A stretch of DNA of 64,000 nucleotides from Minisyncoccota bacterium (GCA_041657885.1 JBBABB010000001.1:1094-65093), one strand, 5' to 3'; counted from the stretch's first letter, positions 52,566 to 63,283 are shown. Made by a program: numbers and translations. The notes: generated by a model from the letters alone, not told the origin.

Positions 52566-54233
52566 ATGAAAAAAATATTATTAGGATTGTTTGTTTTGAG
52601 TTTTTTGGTGGTTGGTTATAATGCCTATGCTGAAAGTGCTGTTGATTGCCCCGCAGATCAAAATTACAGCTCTCTAACAGGAGAGCTTTGTGGTTGTTCA
52701 CATAATGAAGTTTATAGTTCAACAACAGGACAGACATGTCCAGTTATTGTTCCTTCTATTAAGGTCACATCTCCTAACAGTGGCTTTGAAGCGATAGAAT
52801 CAGGTCAAAAAGTAGAAATAAGATGGGAATCAAACGTTTCAATAAATGCTTTGGTAGACGTTTACGTTTCAGACAGGATTCATACAGGAGAAGTAGTAAG
52901 GACCAATAATAATGGTGCTCATGGTTTAATATATACTCTCGATAACAGTTTAACTCCGGGTTCAAATTATAGAGCTTATGTTTCTCTCGTTTCCGAAAAC
53001 CCAGTTAGTGATTCGTCAGATAATCCATTTATCATTAAACCCGCAAATTCTGGTTGTTTAAATGGCGAAGTTTTTAGTTCTACCACAGGAGCAATTTGTC
53101 CTACTACTCCTTATAAAATTACTACTACGACAGATTTAACTCCTCGTATTTCATATTGGCAAGGTAAGGTGAATCAACATGTAAGTGTAAGTGAGGGCAT
53201 GTGGCAAACAGATTCGGATGGAGTTTCGGGAGCTGAAATCAACAAGCTCACATATTGTAAAAAGTTTTATCCAAATACGACGAGTGTAGTTGAATACAAG
53301 AAGGAATATATAAATGCTTGGCATGATAGGGGTAATGTAAATGATTATTTAGGTCTGAACATGTCTTATCAATGCGTGGGAATAGATGCTGGTTGTTCAA
53401 ATGGCCAAGTTTATAGTTCAACAACAGGGCAAAGATGTCTTGTAAATACAAATCCAATAATTTCAGGAATTTCTGGTCCACAAACATTAGCCATAACTCA
53501 ATCTGGAACATGGAAGGTTACAGCTTCAAGTTCAAGTGGAGGAAATCTAACATATTCTGTTGTTTGGGGAGATGAAGCTGTTCAAACAAATTATTCCACT
53601 GCAACAAGGCAAATACCTCAGCAATCAGCAACATTTACTCACAGTTATTCACAAATAGGAACATATACACCAACATTTACTGTTACAAATAGTAATGGTG
53701 GAAGTGCAAAGACAAGTATCACAGTAAAAGTAAATAATTTAACAAATACTTGCCCTGTTGTATTGACAGATTGTATAGTTGGTTATTCTGCTGTACTTTC
53801 GGGTAAAGATTCCAATGGTTGTAATTCTTGGTCCTGCAAAAAAGATTCTGAATCAGATAATGGATGTCATTTAGGTAACATATATAGTGTTACGACTGGC
53901 AAAATGTGTCCTATCAAAGATGATGGGTGTCTTCTCGGTTATAACTATAGTCCAATAACAGGAAAAGCATGTGTTGAATATTTTATTTATCCATGTACCT
54001 CTTCATCAGAATCTAATTGTTTTAATCCAACTACTTCCATAACTAGAACCCTCAAGGTTGGTACGACAGGGGAGGATGTTAAAACATTACAGTCATTCCT
54101 TGGGATAAACGCAGATGGAGTATTCGGTCGCGGAACGCAAGCCAGTGTTATAAACTGGCAAACATCAAAGGGTCTCACTGCTGATGGTGCATTTGGAAGT
54201 ATGAGTCGTGCAAAAGCAGGATTTACTCAATAA
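52566..54233 (+). CDS. Secreted protein with about 6 cysteine-containing YSSTTGQxCP repeats, an Ig/PKD-like segment and a C-terminal peptidoglycan-binding domain
   Basis: Signal peptide, repeats of C..G.VYSSTTGQ.CP, and a PG_binding_1-like C-terminus (GEDVKTLQSFLG...DGVFG). Confidence 0.6.
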   Translation: MKKILLGLFVLSFLVVGYNAYAESAVDCPADQNYSSLTGELCGCSHNEVYSSTTGQTCPVIVPSIKVTSPNSGFEAIESGQKVEIRWESNVSINALVDVYVSDRIHTGEVVRTNNNGAHGLIYTLDNSLTPGSNYRAYVSLVSENPVSDSSDNPFIIKPANSGCLNGEVFSSTTGAICPTTPYKITTTTDLTPRISYWQGKVNQHVSVSEGMWQTDSDGVSGAEINKLTYCKKFYPNTTSVVEYKKEYINAWHDRGNVNDYLGLNMSYQCVGIDAGCSNGQVYSSTTGQRCLVNTNPIISGISGPQTLAITQSGTWKVTASSSSGGNLTYSVVWGDEAVQTNYSTATRQIPQQSATFTHSYSQIGTYTPTFTVTNSNGGSAKTSITVKVNNLTNTCPVVLTDCIVGYSAVLSGKDSNGCNSWSCKKDSESDNGCHLGNIYSVTTGKMCPIKDDGCLLGYNYSPITGKACVEYFIYPCTSSSESNCFNPTTSITRTLKVGTTGEDVKTLQSFLGINADGVFGRGTQASVINWQTSKGLTADGAFGSMSRAKAGFTQ

Positions 54234-54234
54234 T

Positions 54235-54272
54235 TAAGAATTAAAAATTAATAATTAAAAATTAAATGCAAA
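54235..54272. repeat. Degenerate AATTAAN heptamer array (about 5 copies)
   Basis: aattaag aattaaa aattaat aattaaa aattaaa. Confidence 0.6.
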
Positions 54273-54274
54273 AT

Positions 54275-54299
54275 GCCCCCGAACCTACGGTTCGGGGGC
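54275..54299 (+). terminator. Rho-independent terminator
   Basis: gcccccgaacc tac ggttcgggggc followed by a T-rich run. Confidence 0.7.
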
Positions 54300-54348
54300 A
54301 TTTTAATTTGCAATAAATATACAGGGGTGTATTTTTTGCAAATTATTT

Positions 54349-55098
54349 TTATATTAGTTGTAAGGATTTAAGAAATTCTTTTAATTCTTTTTCTTTGATT
54401 TCTTGAAACTCTCCAAGGGGTATTTTATCAAGCACTATGTTCATTATACGTATTCGTTTTAAGTTGATGACATTATGGTGTAATGCCTCACACATGCGTC
54501 TTATTTGGCGTTTTTTACCCTCTGTGAGGACTATATGGAAGGTATCTTTGGACTTTGGCTTGCGGAATACTTCGCACTTCCTACTGATAAATCCGTCAAA
54601 GTGAACACCGTTTGACATTAATTCTACAAATTTATCTGAAAAGTTTGGCTCTACTTTTACAACATATTCTTTTTCATGAACATATTTGGGAGAAAGAAGT
54701 CGGTCTGTTACTCGGCCATCGTTTGTCATTATCATTAGCCCATGCGAATCTTTATCAAGTCGGCCAACAGGGAAGACAGAATTCCCCCTCCCCTTACTAA
54801 GGGGAGGGTTGGGGAGGGGTATTGGAAATTTTGTGACTGATAAAATATCTTTGGAATTGAGCTCGGGATTAGTTGCAATTCCAATCGGTTTATTGTAAGC
54901 ATAATAAACAAAATCTTTGTGGATACCTTTTGATTTTACAACTACTTGATCTCCCTCATTTACTTTATCTCCTAAAACTGCCTTTCTGCCATTTATAGAA
55001 ACAAGACCTTTTTTGATAAGGTCGTCTCCACCCACGCGAGTAGAGTAATTATTCATTGCGAGATATTTATTTATTCGGATCGGGTAAAATATTTTCAT
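54349..55098 (-). CDS. rluB: Pseudouridine synthase, RsuA/RluB family (S4 domain plus catalytic domain) with an in-frame insert
   Basis: S4 domain (RINKYLA..GRKAV) and catalytic PVGRLDKDSHGLMIMTNDG. Confidence 0.8.
   Translation of the reverse strand: MKIFYPIRINKYLAMNNYSTRVGGDDLIKKGLVSINGRKAVLGDKVNEGDQVVVKSKGIHKDFVYYAYNKPIGIATNPELNSKDILSVTKFPIPLPNPPLSKGRGNSVFPVGRLDKDSHGLMIMTNDGRVTDRLLSPKYVHEKEYVVKVEPNFSDKFVELMSNGVHFDGFISRKCEVFRKPKSKDTFHIVLTEGKKRQIRRMCEALHHNVINLKRIRIMNIVLDKIPLGEFQEIKEKELKEFLKSLQLI
54785..54821. repeat. GC-rich element (CCCCCTCCCC-TTACTAA-GGGGAGGG-TT-GGGGAGGGG) in-frame within rluB
   Basis: It encodes PLPNPPLSKGRGNS immediately before the conserved FPVGRLD. A near-identical element lies at 63284-63319. 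Confidence 0.6.
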
Positions 55099-56263
55099 TA
55101 GGATATTCGTGACTATGTTTTAAGTGTGGAATATAATATAGGCCAGACAGTAAAATGATACTTAAAATAATAAACAAAAATTTGAATGGTAAGAAAATAA
55201 ATATCAAAGTACTTATGAGTGGAGCAATAATGTATGCAACAGGCATCATATCTCGGAATACACTAAGTAAATATGCCTCTTCCTCTTTTATGTGTGTAAA
55301 GAAATAAATTTCTGAAGTTGTTTCTATTATACTTGCTCCAACTCTTGTTATAAATAATACTGCGCCCCATAGAATAACATTTTTAGTAGTTATCCCAGCT
55401 ATTAAGAGTGTAGATACACTTATAATAATAAATCCAATATATAGTAACGTTCTTTTACTTACATGATATTTGTCTATTAATATTCCAATAGGAAAACCAA
55501 AAATGACAAACGGAGTAAGCATTATCGTAAATATAATACCAATTTGACCCCACTCCAATCCTATATGTTGATATAAGTATATTGGAGTATAAACAACCAT
55601 CCAAGCATAGAAGAATTGCAAAATAAAATTAATTATTGCGATTGCAAGCATGTGGTGATTTGTTTTTAGATATCTATATGTTTCTAAAAATGGAGTTTTT
55701 TTGTAGGTTCTATCTTTGAAAGTTTTTACTGAAAACATTAACCCGATTGTCATTATAATTACTGTGGCAAAAGCTAAAATATATATTGTCTTATATCCTC
55801 CTTCTTTTGTTATTAGAAATGCGGCTAAAAGAGGAGAGGCCATCCACGCAAGATTTATTATTGTTAGGTAAAGTCCACGATTTTTCCCGACGGTCTTTTT
55901 ATCTCCAAAATGCTGAATAAATATATCAATACAGAAAAGTATTTGGGTGTTTGTAGAGACAAATAAAACAAAAGAAGCTCCAACTATATAGGGATTTGCC
56001 GATGTTATCATTCCCGCCAATGACAACATATTTACTAAAAGAAGTATCAATGTTAATCTTTTATTACCAAAATGCTTTAATATATTTGAACTTTTTGAGA
56101 GAAGCAGTAGCGTTACGAGAGAAGCTATTGTAAACAATATACCAACATATTTTTCTGAAATAATATTAGTTAAGAAAGTAGAATTTACATATGCAGAAAG
56201 TGCTATGTGTAAAGAGAAAAGAAATGATAAAACATACATTCTTTTGATTTTTGTTGTTTTCAT
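55067..56263 (-). CDS. MFS transporter
   Basis: About 12 TM helices with an MFS loop pattern. Confidence 0.7.
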   Translation of the reverse strand: MKTTKIKRMYVLSFLFSLHIALSAYVNSTFLTNIISEKYVGILFTIASLVTLLLLSKSSNILKHFGNKRLTLILLLVNMLSLAGMITSANPYIVGASFVLFVSTNTQILFCIDIFIQHFGDKKTVGKNRGLYLTIINLAWMASPLLAAFLITKEGGYKTIYILAFATVIIMTIGLMFSVKTFKDRTYKKTPFLETYRYLKTNHHMLAIAIINFILQFFYAWMVVYTPIYLYQHIGLEWGQIGIIFTIMLTPFVIFGFPIGILIDKYHVSKRTLLYIGFIIISVSTLLIAGITTKNVILWGAVLFITRVGASIIETTSEIYFFTHIKEEEAYLLSVFRDMMPVAYIIAPLISTLIFIFLPFKFLFIILSIILLSGLYYIPHLKHSHEYPNENILPDPNK

Positions 56264-56317
56264 TTTATTTTTTAGTAGTCCGACTACTAAAATTTTAATT
56301 TGTGTTATAATATTTTT

Positions 56318-58303
56318 TTATATGCTTAATAATACTGGTATAACAATTGGTCTCTTGGCTGTTTTTTGGAAAAGAAATTTTGATATATTGTCTCCCAGTG
56401 CAGTTTTTATAACGTCAAAATTGATAGGGTTCATCCCATGAGTTTCATCTTCAACAGTTTTCTTGATGATAAGCCTGACTTGATGTAACAACTCTTGATT
56501 TTCTTTTAAATAAATAAATCCACGAGATATTATATCGGGTGATTTCCTTAACTTTCCTGTGGCAGAATCAATAGTTGCAATTAAAACAAACATTCCATCT
56601 TGGGCAAGCATTACTCTATCTCTGATAACCACATCTTGTTCATCTCCAATTGAGAATCCATCTACCATCATTGGGCCTGAAGGTGCTTTTTCTTTTCGAA
56701 GAATCATTTTATTTCCATTATCAACAATTTCAATAATTGAACCATTATCAGGCACGATTATATTTTCTTCAGACATTCCGAGCAACATTGCAATTTCTTT
56801 GTGTTTAACTAGCATTGAATGCCATCCGTGGATAGGAATAAAAAATTTAGGATGTGTTTTTCTATGTAACCACTTAATATCTTCTTGATTACCATGTCCA
56901 GTCGCATGAATATATTCTTCACTTGTTCGGTAACTTATAAGACGAACACCGTGACGAGTTAAATTATCTTTTAAATGTTGGACGGCAATTTCATTTCCTG
57001 GAACAATGGAAGCCGAAAGAATTATTGTATCACCAGCTTTAATTTGGAATTTTTTATGAGTTTTATTTGCTGCTCTGGAAAGAGCAGCAAATTCTTCGCC
57101 TTGAGCTCCAGTCATCATAATAAGAATTTTATTTGGAGGATATTTATCAGCATCTTCAACAGGAATAATAGTACCTTTTTTCGGTTTAAAAATTCCAGCT
57201 TGTTCACAGACCTCCATATTTGTTTTTAGAGACCTTCCATCGAGCACTACTTTTTTATTAAGAGATTCAGCGATCTCAACGATTTTCATCAGACGAGTAA
57301 TAGACGAAGCAAAAGCTGAAATAATAACACGACCAGTTACTTGTTTTATAAGTTTATCTAAACCTTCATGGACTTTAATTTCTGGAAGAGCAAATCCTTC
57401 GTTCTCAATGTTGGTTGAGTCAGTCATAAGCAAAAGTACTTTTTCTTTATCAAAAAAGGCATACTCTTTTTCCTCTTCCTCTGTTGCTTTTCCATCTATT
57501 TGGTCAAGTTTAAAATCTCCCGGTGTAACGATTGACCCATAAGGAGTTTCAATTACTATGCCCATAGAATCAGGGAAAGTATGTGTTACTCCAAAAAAAC
57601 GAATACGAATATTTCCAGCATAGACAACAGAATCTTTTTCAACAATATGAGTATTAAGAGGAAGTAAATGTGAAAATTCCTCTTGGCGTTTTTTTATTAA
57701 TAAAATTGAAAGGTTGCGAGAATAAAGTGGGGGATTACCAATACGACTCATTACAAGAGGAACACCTCCAATATGGTCTAGATGTCCATGGGTTATAAAC
57801 ATACCTCGTATTTTATCTTTACGTTCTTCTAGGTATGTTGTGTTTGGTATAATGTAATCAATTCCAGGAGTATCTTCTGTCTTGAATTGCATTCCAGCAT
57901 CGATAACGATAATATCGTCACCAATTTCAATAGCTGTCATATTTTTCCCGATTTCTTCTGCTCCTCCAAGGGGGATTATTCTAATAACTCCTTTTTCTGG
58001 AGACGGTATTGGATTTGTTTTGTTTTTTTGTAAAGTTATTTTGTTTTGAATTCCTTCCATTTCTTTTCTCGAACGGCTGTTGCCTCTTTTAATATTGCTG
58101 TATTGATAACTTCCACGACTTATTCTCTTATTAATTACTTGTGTTTTATCACTAGTGTAATTTTGTTTAATTGTTGAACCGATTATATTATTGGTAGGTT
58201 GCTGTGTCTTATGCATAACACGGATGTTGCCTTGTTTGCGATAACTGAATCTTTGACCGCTTTTTAATTTAGGGTTTTGAATTTGTTTAGGTATTTCATT
58301 CAT
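56318..58303 (-). CDS. rnj: Ribonuclease J (with a basic N-terminal extension)
   Basis: Metallo-beta-lactamase HGHLDHIG, beta-CASP and the RNase J C-domain. Confidence 0.85.
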   Translation of the reverse strand: MNEIPKQIQNPKLKSGQRFSYRKQGNIRVMHKTQQPTNNIIGSTIKQNYTSDKTQVINKRISRGSYQYSNIKRGNSRSRKEMEGIQNKITLQKNKTNPIPSPEKGVIRIIPLGGAEEIGKNMTAIEIGDDIIVIDAGMQFKTEDTPGIDYIIPNTTYLEERKDKIRGMFITHGHLDHIGGVPLVMSRIGNPPLYSRNLSILLIKKRQEEFSHLLPLNTHIVEKDSVVYAGNIRIRFFGVTHTFPDSMGIVIETPYGSIVTPGDFKLDQIDGKATEEEEKEYAFFDKEKVLLLMTDSTNIENEGFALPEIKVHEGLDKLIKQVTGRVIISAFASSITRLMKIVEIAESLNKKVVLDGRSLKTNMEVCEQAGIFKPKKGTIIPVEDADKYPPNKILIMMTGAQGEEFAALSRAANKTHKKFQIKAGDTIILSASIVPGNEIAVQHLKDNLTRHGVRLISYRTSEEYIHATGHGNQEDIKWLHRKTHPKFFIPIHGWHSMLVKHKEIAMLLGMSEENIIVPDNGSIIEIVDNGNKMILRKEKAPSGPMMVDGFSIGDEQDVVIRDRVMLAQDGMFVLIATIDSATGKLRKSPDIISRGFIYLKENQELLHQVRLIIKKTVEDETHGMNPINFDVIKTALGDNISKFLFQKTAKRPIVIPVLLSI

Positions 58304-58343
58304 CTTTTTCTTTGGCTCGCCGAAGCAAAAGCGTAGGCGGCTG

Positions 58344-60155
58344 TTATTTAGTAAAAATTTTCCACACTTTGTCTGTATCAGCAGACCATGTATAGATTTC
58401 AGAAAAACGATCTGATGGTATCGTTATATTTTCAATTGAAAAATTATTAAGATTAGGTGAAGTTACATACAAATATTCTGGAGAATAAATTAATATTGCT
58501 GGTATATTAATAGTAAATTCTTTTGCAAGATCCTCATATTTATTTATACGATCTTCGATTTTTAGTGTTTTTTGGATTGATTCAAGAATAGTATCTGCCT
58601 TCTTATCATTATACATTGCGATGTTTAATCCGGGGTCTGTTCGTTGAGTTGAGTGCCAAAATGAATATAAGTCAGATTCATGATTTACAACTTGCCCAAA
58701 GAATAATGCTTCATACTCACGAGCTCGGATAAGTTGGTTTAATTGGCCAGTCTCATAAACCTTTTTTATATCTACTTCAACACCAATTTTTGCTAATTGT
58801 TCTTGGATTAATAATGCTGTTTGTTTGAGTTCTGGGGTATCTCCAGTGGTTAGAGAAAAAGAAAGTCTGGTGACTGGAGTTGTACTTTTCACTGCTTGTG
58901 TGACTGTTTTTCCGCCCACTTTTTTCGTTACAGTTTTGGTAGTTGTTCCTCCTTTTGTACGAATACCATCATCTCCTTTCACCCACCCCGCTTTTTCAAG
59001 TAGAAGATTAGCTTCTTCTATTGTTGCATTATTATACTTTTCTTTAGATTCACTTGGAATAATTTTTTCTGGTATTGGACTATAAACCATAGACCCATAA
59101 CCTCCTAATACTTGGTCTACGATTTCTTGTTTATTTATCGCTTTATCAAAAGCTTTAACAATTGTCTGGTCGGTAAAAATTTTATTTTTACTACTATTAA
59201 AAAAGATTCCGAAGATTCTAGGTAATGTTGCTGTGCGGATTACGTATTTACCCTTTTTTATGCTTTCTGTGTTTTCTGAACTTATTCCGCCTGCTTGGTC
59301 AATTGAATGATTGAGCAATGCTTTTACTAAATCTTTTTCATTAGCATAAGAAATAATATTGAAATATTTAATGCGTGGTTTACCAAGAGAAAAATTATTA
59401 AAACGTTCAAGCTTATATTCCAAAGATATTCCATCTTTATTTTTTAAAACAGATTTAATTTTATAAGGACCTGTTCCTATGGCTTTAGTGTTGAGAGGGG
59501 ATAAATTAAATTCATTTACATTAACACTTTTCCATAAACTAGAAGGAAGTATTCCGATAGTTGTGTTATCTAGGAAAGATATATAAGGTTGAGCGAGTGT
59601 AAAGACAATTGTATAATCATCTTTTTTACTAACACTAATCCCATCCCATCCCATTTTGCGAGGGCTCTTTATTATCGGGTCTTTTATTTTTTCTATTGTA
59701 AAAATAACATCGTCGGCTGTAACTTTTGTGCCATTATGGAATTTCGCATTTTTTTTAATTATAAAAGTATAACTTGTGCCGTCAGGGGATACTGTAAATG
59801 ATTCAGCGATGTCTGGTATAAATTTACCTTCAGGGGTTTTTCTCATTAAACCAGAATAAACAAGCGAGGTTAAGTCTTTATCTGCATCAGATAAAGAAAT
59901 AACTGGGCTAATCAGTGTTGGAACACCAATAATGCCCTCCGTGATGGTTCCTCCGTTTGTTGGGATATTAATCATGAATACAGAATTAATTTTCCCCAGT
60001 AAAACTATCATAAAAATAAAAGCAACAAATAAAATTGTTACGAAAACTAGAAATTGCTTCTTAGAAAAAGATGCAACAGCCTCCAGGAGTTCTTTTTTCT
60101 TATAAATATGGAATTCTTTAATGAATAGAATAAATTTACGCATAAAAGCACTCAA
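58344..60155 (-). CDS. ABC transporter substrate-binding protein, family 5 (OppA/DppA-like), membrane-anchored
   Basis: N-terminal TM, SBP_bac_5 architecture and an internal Thr/Lys-rich linker. Confidence 0.7.
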   Translation of the reverse strand: MSAFMRKFILFIKEFHIYKKKELLEAVASFSKKQFLVFVTILFVAFIFMIVLLGKINSVFMINIPTNGGTITEGIIGVPTLISPVISLSDADKDLTSLVYSGLMRKTPEGKFIPDIAESFTVSPDGTSYTFIIKKNAKFHNGTKVTADDVIFTIEKIKDPIIKSPRKMGWDGISVSKKDDYTIVFTLAQPYISFLDNTTIGILPSSLWKSVNVNEFNLSPLNTKAIGTGPYKIKSVLKNKDGISLEYKLERFNNFSLGKPRIKYFNIISYANEKDLVKALLNHSIDQAGGISSENTESIKKGKYVIRTATLPRIFGIFFNSSKNKIFTDQTIVKAFDKAINKQEIVDQVLGGYGSMVYSPIPEKIIPSESKEKYNNATIEEANLLLEKAGWVKGDDGIRTKGGTTTKTVTKKVGGKTVTQAVKSTTPVTRLSFSLTTGDTPELKQTALLIQEQLAKIGVEVDIKKVYETGQLNQLIRAREYEALFFGQVVNHESDLYSFWHSTQRTDPGLNIAMYNDKKADTILESIQKTLKIEDRINKYEDLAKEFTINIPAILIYSPEYLYVTSPNLNNFSIENITIPSDRFSEIYTWSADTDKVWKIFTK

Positions 60156-60188
60156 TCAAAATAGTTAGCTAGAGATAACAACCTTTAA

Positions 60189-60458
60189 TTATTTGATGAA
60201 TATAGCTATGAACGATGACACGGCGAAAATGATACCAATAACTATTGTTAAGATAAAGAGAAATTTCTCAAAACCACGGCGTGTACTATAAAGTCCACCT
60301 CCATCTCCTCCACCTAGAGCACCCCCGACCCCAGCACTTGATTGCTGAAGCAAGATTGCAGCTATTAAAATAATGGACAGTATAATCTGTAAATAAGGCA
60401 ATATATTAGCAATAATCGTCATGCTTTTGAGTATACTATATTTGGATAAGATAAGCAA
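60189..60458 (-). CDS. secG: Preprotein translocase subunit SecG
   Basis: LLQQSSAGVGGALGGG motif between two TM helices. Confidence 0.6.
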   Translation of the reverse strand: MLILSKYSILKSMTIIANILPYLQIILSIILIAAILLQQSSAGVGGALGGGDGGGLYSTRRGFEKFLFILTIVIGIIFAVSSFIAIFIK

Positions 60459-60478
60459 ACAAAAAATGATATTTTTAC

Positions 60479-60565
60479 TGGTGCTGGGGAGAGGATTTGA
60501 ACCTCCATGAGATGAATCTCGTTGCGTCCTAAGCGCAGTGCGTCTACCAGTTTCGCCACCCCAGC
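60479..60565 (-). tRNA. tRNA-Leu (anticodon UAG), class II with a long variable arm
   Basis: Acceptor GCTGGGG/CCCCAGC, anticodon loop CTTAGGA, T-arm GAGG-TTCAAAT-CCTC and an encoded CCA. Confidence 0.8.
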
Positions 60566-60614
60566 AATAAAATTATACTAACAAAAATTTGTATAAATTG
60601 CTACTTTATTTTTG

Positions 60615-60686
60615 AGGCCTGGGGCGGAATTGAACCGCCGTATAGAGATTTTGCAGATCTCTGCCTTACCACTTGGCTACCAGGCC
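60615..60686 (-). tRNA. tRNA-Cys (anticodon GCA)
   Basis: Acceptor GGCCTGG/CCAGGCC, anticodon loop CTGCAAA and discriminator U. CCA is not encoded. Confidence 0.8.
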
Positions 60687-60724
60687 TTGATTTTTACTAT
60701 AACCTAGAAACTATAACCTAGCAA

Positions 60725-61048
60725 CTAACTCTTCAGCAACTCGTCAATTTTTTGGCGATTTTTTTCGCCCTCGTCTATTACTACATCTAAAAATGGGATA
60801 GGGTTTATTTTTAGATTTTTAGAAACATACTTTCTCAATTCCCCCAGATTTCTTTTTATAAATCCATAAGCGGCATTTTCTTTTTCTCTAGGTAAGACGC
60901 TTATCATAATCGTTGCTCTTTTTCCGTCAGGAGAGAGAATAACTCTAGTGACTGTAATCATAGATGTAGGTCCCGCTTCGCGCTCTATATAAAGGGCTGC
61001 GAGTTCTTTCACATTATTTTTTATTTTTTCATTTCTAAATTCAGACAT
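60725..61048 (-). CDS. rbfA: Ribosome-binding factor A
   Basis: KH-like RbfA pattern (RVILSPDGKRATIMISVL). Confidence 0.8.
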   Translation of the reverse strand: MSEFRNEKIKNNVKELAALYIEREAGPTSMITVTRVILSPDGKRATIMISVLPREKENAAYGFIKRNLGELRKYVSKNLKINPIPFLDVVIDEGEKNRQKIDELLKS

Positions 61049-61055
61049 AATTTAT

Positions 61056-61141
61056 GCTCCCCTGCGAAGGGGAGCTGTCGCTTGCGACTGAGGGGTGATA
61101 CACCCCCTCGTCCTCCGGGCACTCCCCCTTCGCAGGGGGAG
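61056..61141. repeat. Three tandem GC-rich palindromic hairpins in the infB-rbfA spacer
   Basis: gctcccc-tgcgaa-ggggagc; gagggg-tgatacac-cccctc; ctccccc-ttcgca-gggggag. Confidence 0.7.
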
Positions 61142-61150
61142 AAAAATACG

Positions 61151-62680
61151 TTACTTAATTACTATTTCAAAAACTTCTAAAACATCACCTGCTGAAATGT
61201 CTATTTTGGTTTCTACTTGAATTCCACAATCAGAGCCCTCTAAAACTTCTCTTGATTTTAATTTGTTCACTTGTAATTCTACAATTTTTCCAGTTCCTAT
61301 TTCAAAATCACGACGAATTATACGGATTTTACTGCCGAGAGCTATTCTTCCAGTTGTAACTTTTCCCCCGACGATATGCTTATCCTTTGTTGACCCAAAT
61401 GTTTTTAGAACTTTGAGAGACCCTATTACTTCTATAGTTTCAAGACGAGGACGACGAATTTCTACGAGTTCTTTTAGCCAATCAGTAAGTTTATAAATAA
61501 TATTAAATATTTCCACATTTACCTTCAGGGTCTCATTCAAATCCCCAGCTCCACTGTCCATCTTTGTATTAAATCCAACAATTATACTTTCTTTATTCAC
61601 ATTTCCCATTTTGAGGTCTGATTCATTTATCGCTCCAACTCCCTTACTAATTATTTTGAATGAAATTTCTTCGGTATTTAATTTTGCTATTTCTTTTTCT
61701 ATGGCTTCGATTGTTCCAGAAACATCTGTTTTTATTATTATCGGAATTATTTTACCTGCCTTGCCGGTAGGCAGGCTCCCGACGTTTACAGTCGAGACCC
61801 CGACTCCTTTGGACTTCGGGGCAGTAACGCTCAATTTTACATAATTTTCAGCTTCTTTTTTTGTGTTAAATGACTCAAATACATTACCCACTTCTGGCAT
61901 TGATTCAAATCCAACAAGTTTAATAGGGGACGAGAAGGTGGCTTCTTTTATGGGTTTACCCAAGAAGTTCTCCATTATACGGGTGTTAACTATGGCTTCT
62001 CCACAGGCTACAAACATTCCAGCACGAAGTGTCCCGTCTTTTATCACACATGTTGCAGAAACTCCTCGTTTTGGTTCACGTTTTGCTTCTATTATTACGC
62101 CCGTAGCATTTAGTTCTCTGTTTCCGGTGAGTCCTTGTAGGTCAGCAACAAGAATAATCATCTCTAAAAGCTCGGATACACCTGTTCCTGCTTTAGCTGA
62201 AATAAGAACAAAAGGAATATCGCCACCCATTCCTTCTAAATATATTTCTTTTTCAGATAAATCCATTTTTGTTTTTTCAATGTTGGCATTTGGTTTATCT
62301 ATTTTATTTATAGCTACAATATATGGAATTTTACTTTCCATTATTGTTTTGTAGGCTTCAAGTGTTTGAGCCTTAACTCCATCTTCAGCTGATACGACTA
62401 GTATTGCAATGTCTGCGGCTTGTGCGCCACGAGTTCGCATTTTTGAAAATGCTTCGTGTCCGGGTGTATCTAAAAATGTGATTAGTCGATTTTCACCTTT
62501 ATCATCCTTAGCCACAACTTCATACGCACTAATATGCTGAGTTATTCCACCCGCTTCACCTTCGACGATATTTGATTTCCTAATATAGTCAAGAAGAGTT
62601 GATTTTCCATGGTCAACGTGCCCCATAACAACTACTACGGGAGGGCGAACCTTTTCAATTGTTTTTGTTTCTGTTGACAT
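61151..62680 (-). CDS. infB: Translation initiation factor IF-2 (short form)
   Basis: G-domain [25 protein letters not shown], and C-terminal beta-barrel domains. Confidence 0.9.
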   Translation of the reverse strand: MSTETKTIEKVRPPVVVVMGHVDHGKSTLLDYIRKSNIVEGEAGGITQHISAYEVVAKDDKGENRLITFLDTPGHEAFSKMRTRGAQAADIAILVVSAEDGVKAQTLEAYKTIMESKIPYIVAINKIDKPNANIEKTKMDLSEKEIYLEGMGGDIPFVLISAKAGTGVSELLEMIILVADLQGLTGNRELNATGVIIEAKREPKRGVSATCVIKDGTLRAGMFVACGEAIVNTRIMENFLGKPIKEATFSSPIKLVGFESMPEVGNVFESFNTKKEAENYVKLSVTAPKSKGVGVSTVNVGSLPTGKAGKIIPIIIKTDVSGTIEAIEKEIAKLNTEEISFKIISKGVGAINESDLKMGNVNKESIIVGFNTKMDSGAGDLNETLKVNVEIFNIIYKLTDWLKELVEIRRPRLETIEVIGSLKVLKTFGSTKDKHIVGGKVTTGRIALGSKIRIIRRDFEIGTGKIVELQVNKLKSREVLEGSDCGIQVETKIDISAGDVLEVFEIVIK

Positions 62681-62790
62681 AAATGAAATTGGAGCAGAAA
62701 ATGAAATTTTATGAGTCGCGTCGGAGCCCTTTAGGGTAAAGCGCGAATAAAATTATATTTTCTGCGGAAATAATTATTATCTTGCTATTT

Positions 62791-63237
62791 TTATTTAATG
62801 GTTTTTTCTAGAACCTCTTTTTCTTCACTAGACAATTCAAATTCTGATTTACCATTTACTATTGGCTTTGCAAAGATGCTCATACGGTCCCGTGCATAAA
62901 GGCTCGACATCACGACTCCATTTTTTTCATCATTCATAAAGGCGATTGCAAAACTTTGGTTTCCACCGGCATCTATAAATGGATTAAAACGTACCATCTC
63001 AACATTTCTAATGGATTTATCCAATCTACTATCTATGGTGACTAAATGCTTATCTATCTTTACTTGAGTCTCTTCTAATTGATTTATCTTTTTACCAACA
63101 ATAACGATCATTTCTTCTAAATTGCGGGCCTTTGTTCCAGCAAAGATTTTATTCAATCTGAGCTCAATTATTAAAATCCATAATAAGATGATAACAACAG
63201 CCCCGGAAATTATATAAAATAAGATAATAGTATTCAT
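62791..63237 (-). CDS. Hypothetical membrane-anchored coiled-coil protein
   Basis: N-terminal TM, then a coiled-coil region. Confidence 0.3.
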   Translation of the reverse strand: MNTIILFYIISGAVVIILLWILIIELRLNKIFAGTKARNLEEMIVIVGKKINQLEETQVKIDKHLVTIDSRLDKSIRNVEMVRFNPFIDAGGNQSFAIAFMNDEKNGVVMSSLYARDRMSIFAKPIVNGKSEFELSSEEKEVLEKTIK

Positions 63238-63283
63238 ATATTAAAAGAGTATATACCAATAAGGCTTTTTTTACAATAAGAAC

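Noticed and set aside
56205-57229. Plus-strand ORFs within the rnj and MFS region
   Set aside because: They are antisense to strongly supported genes and are Ser/Ile-rich translations of an AT-rich antisense strand.
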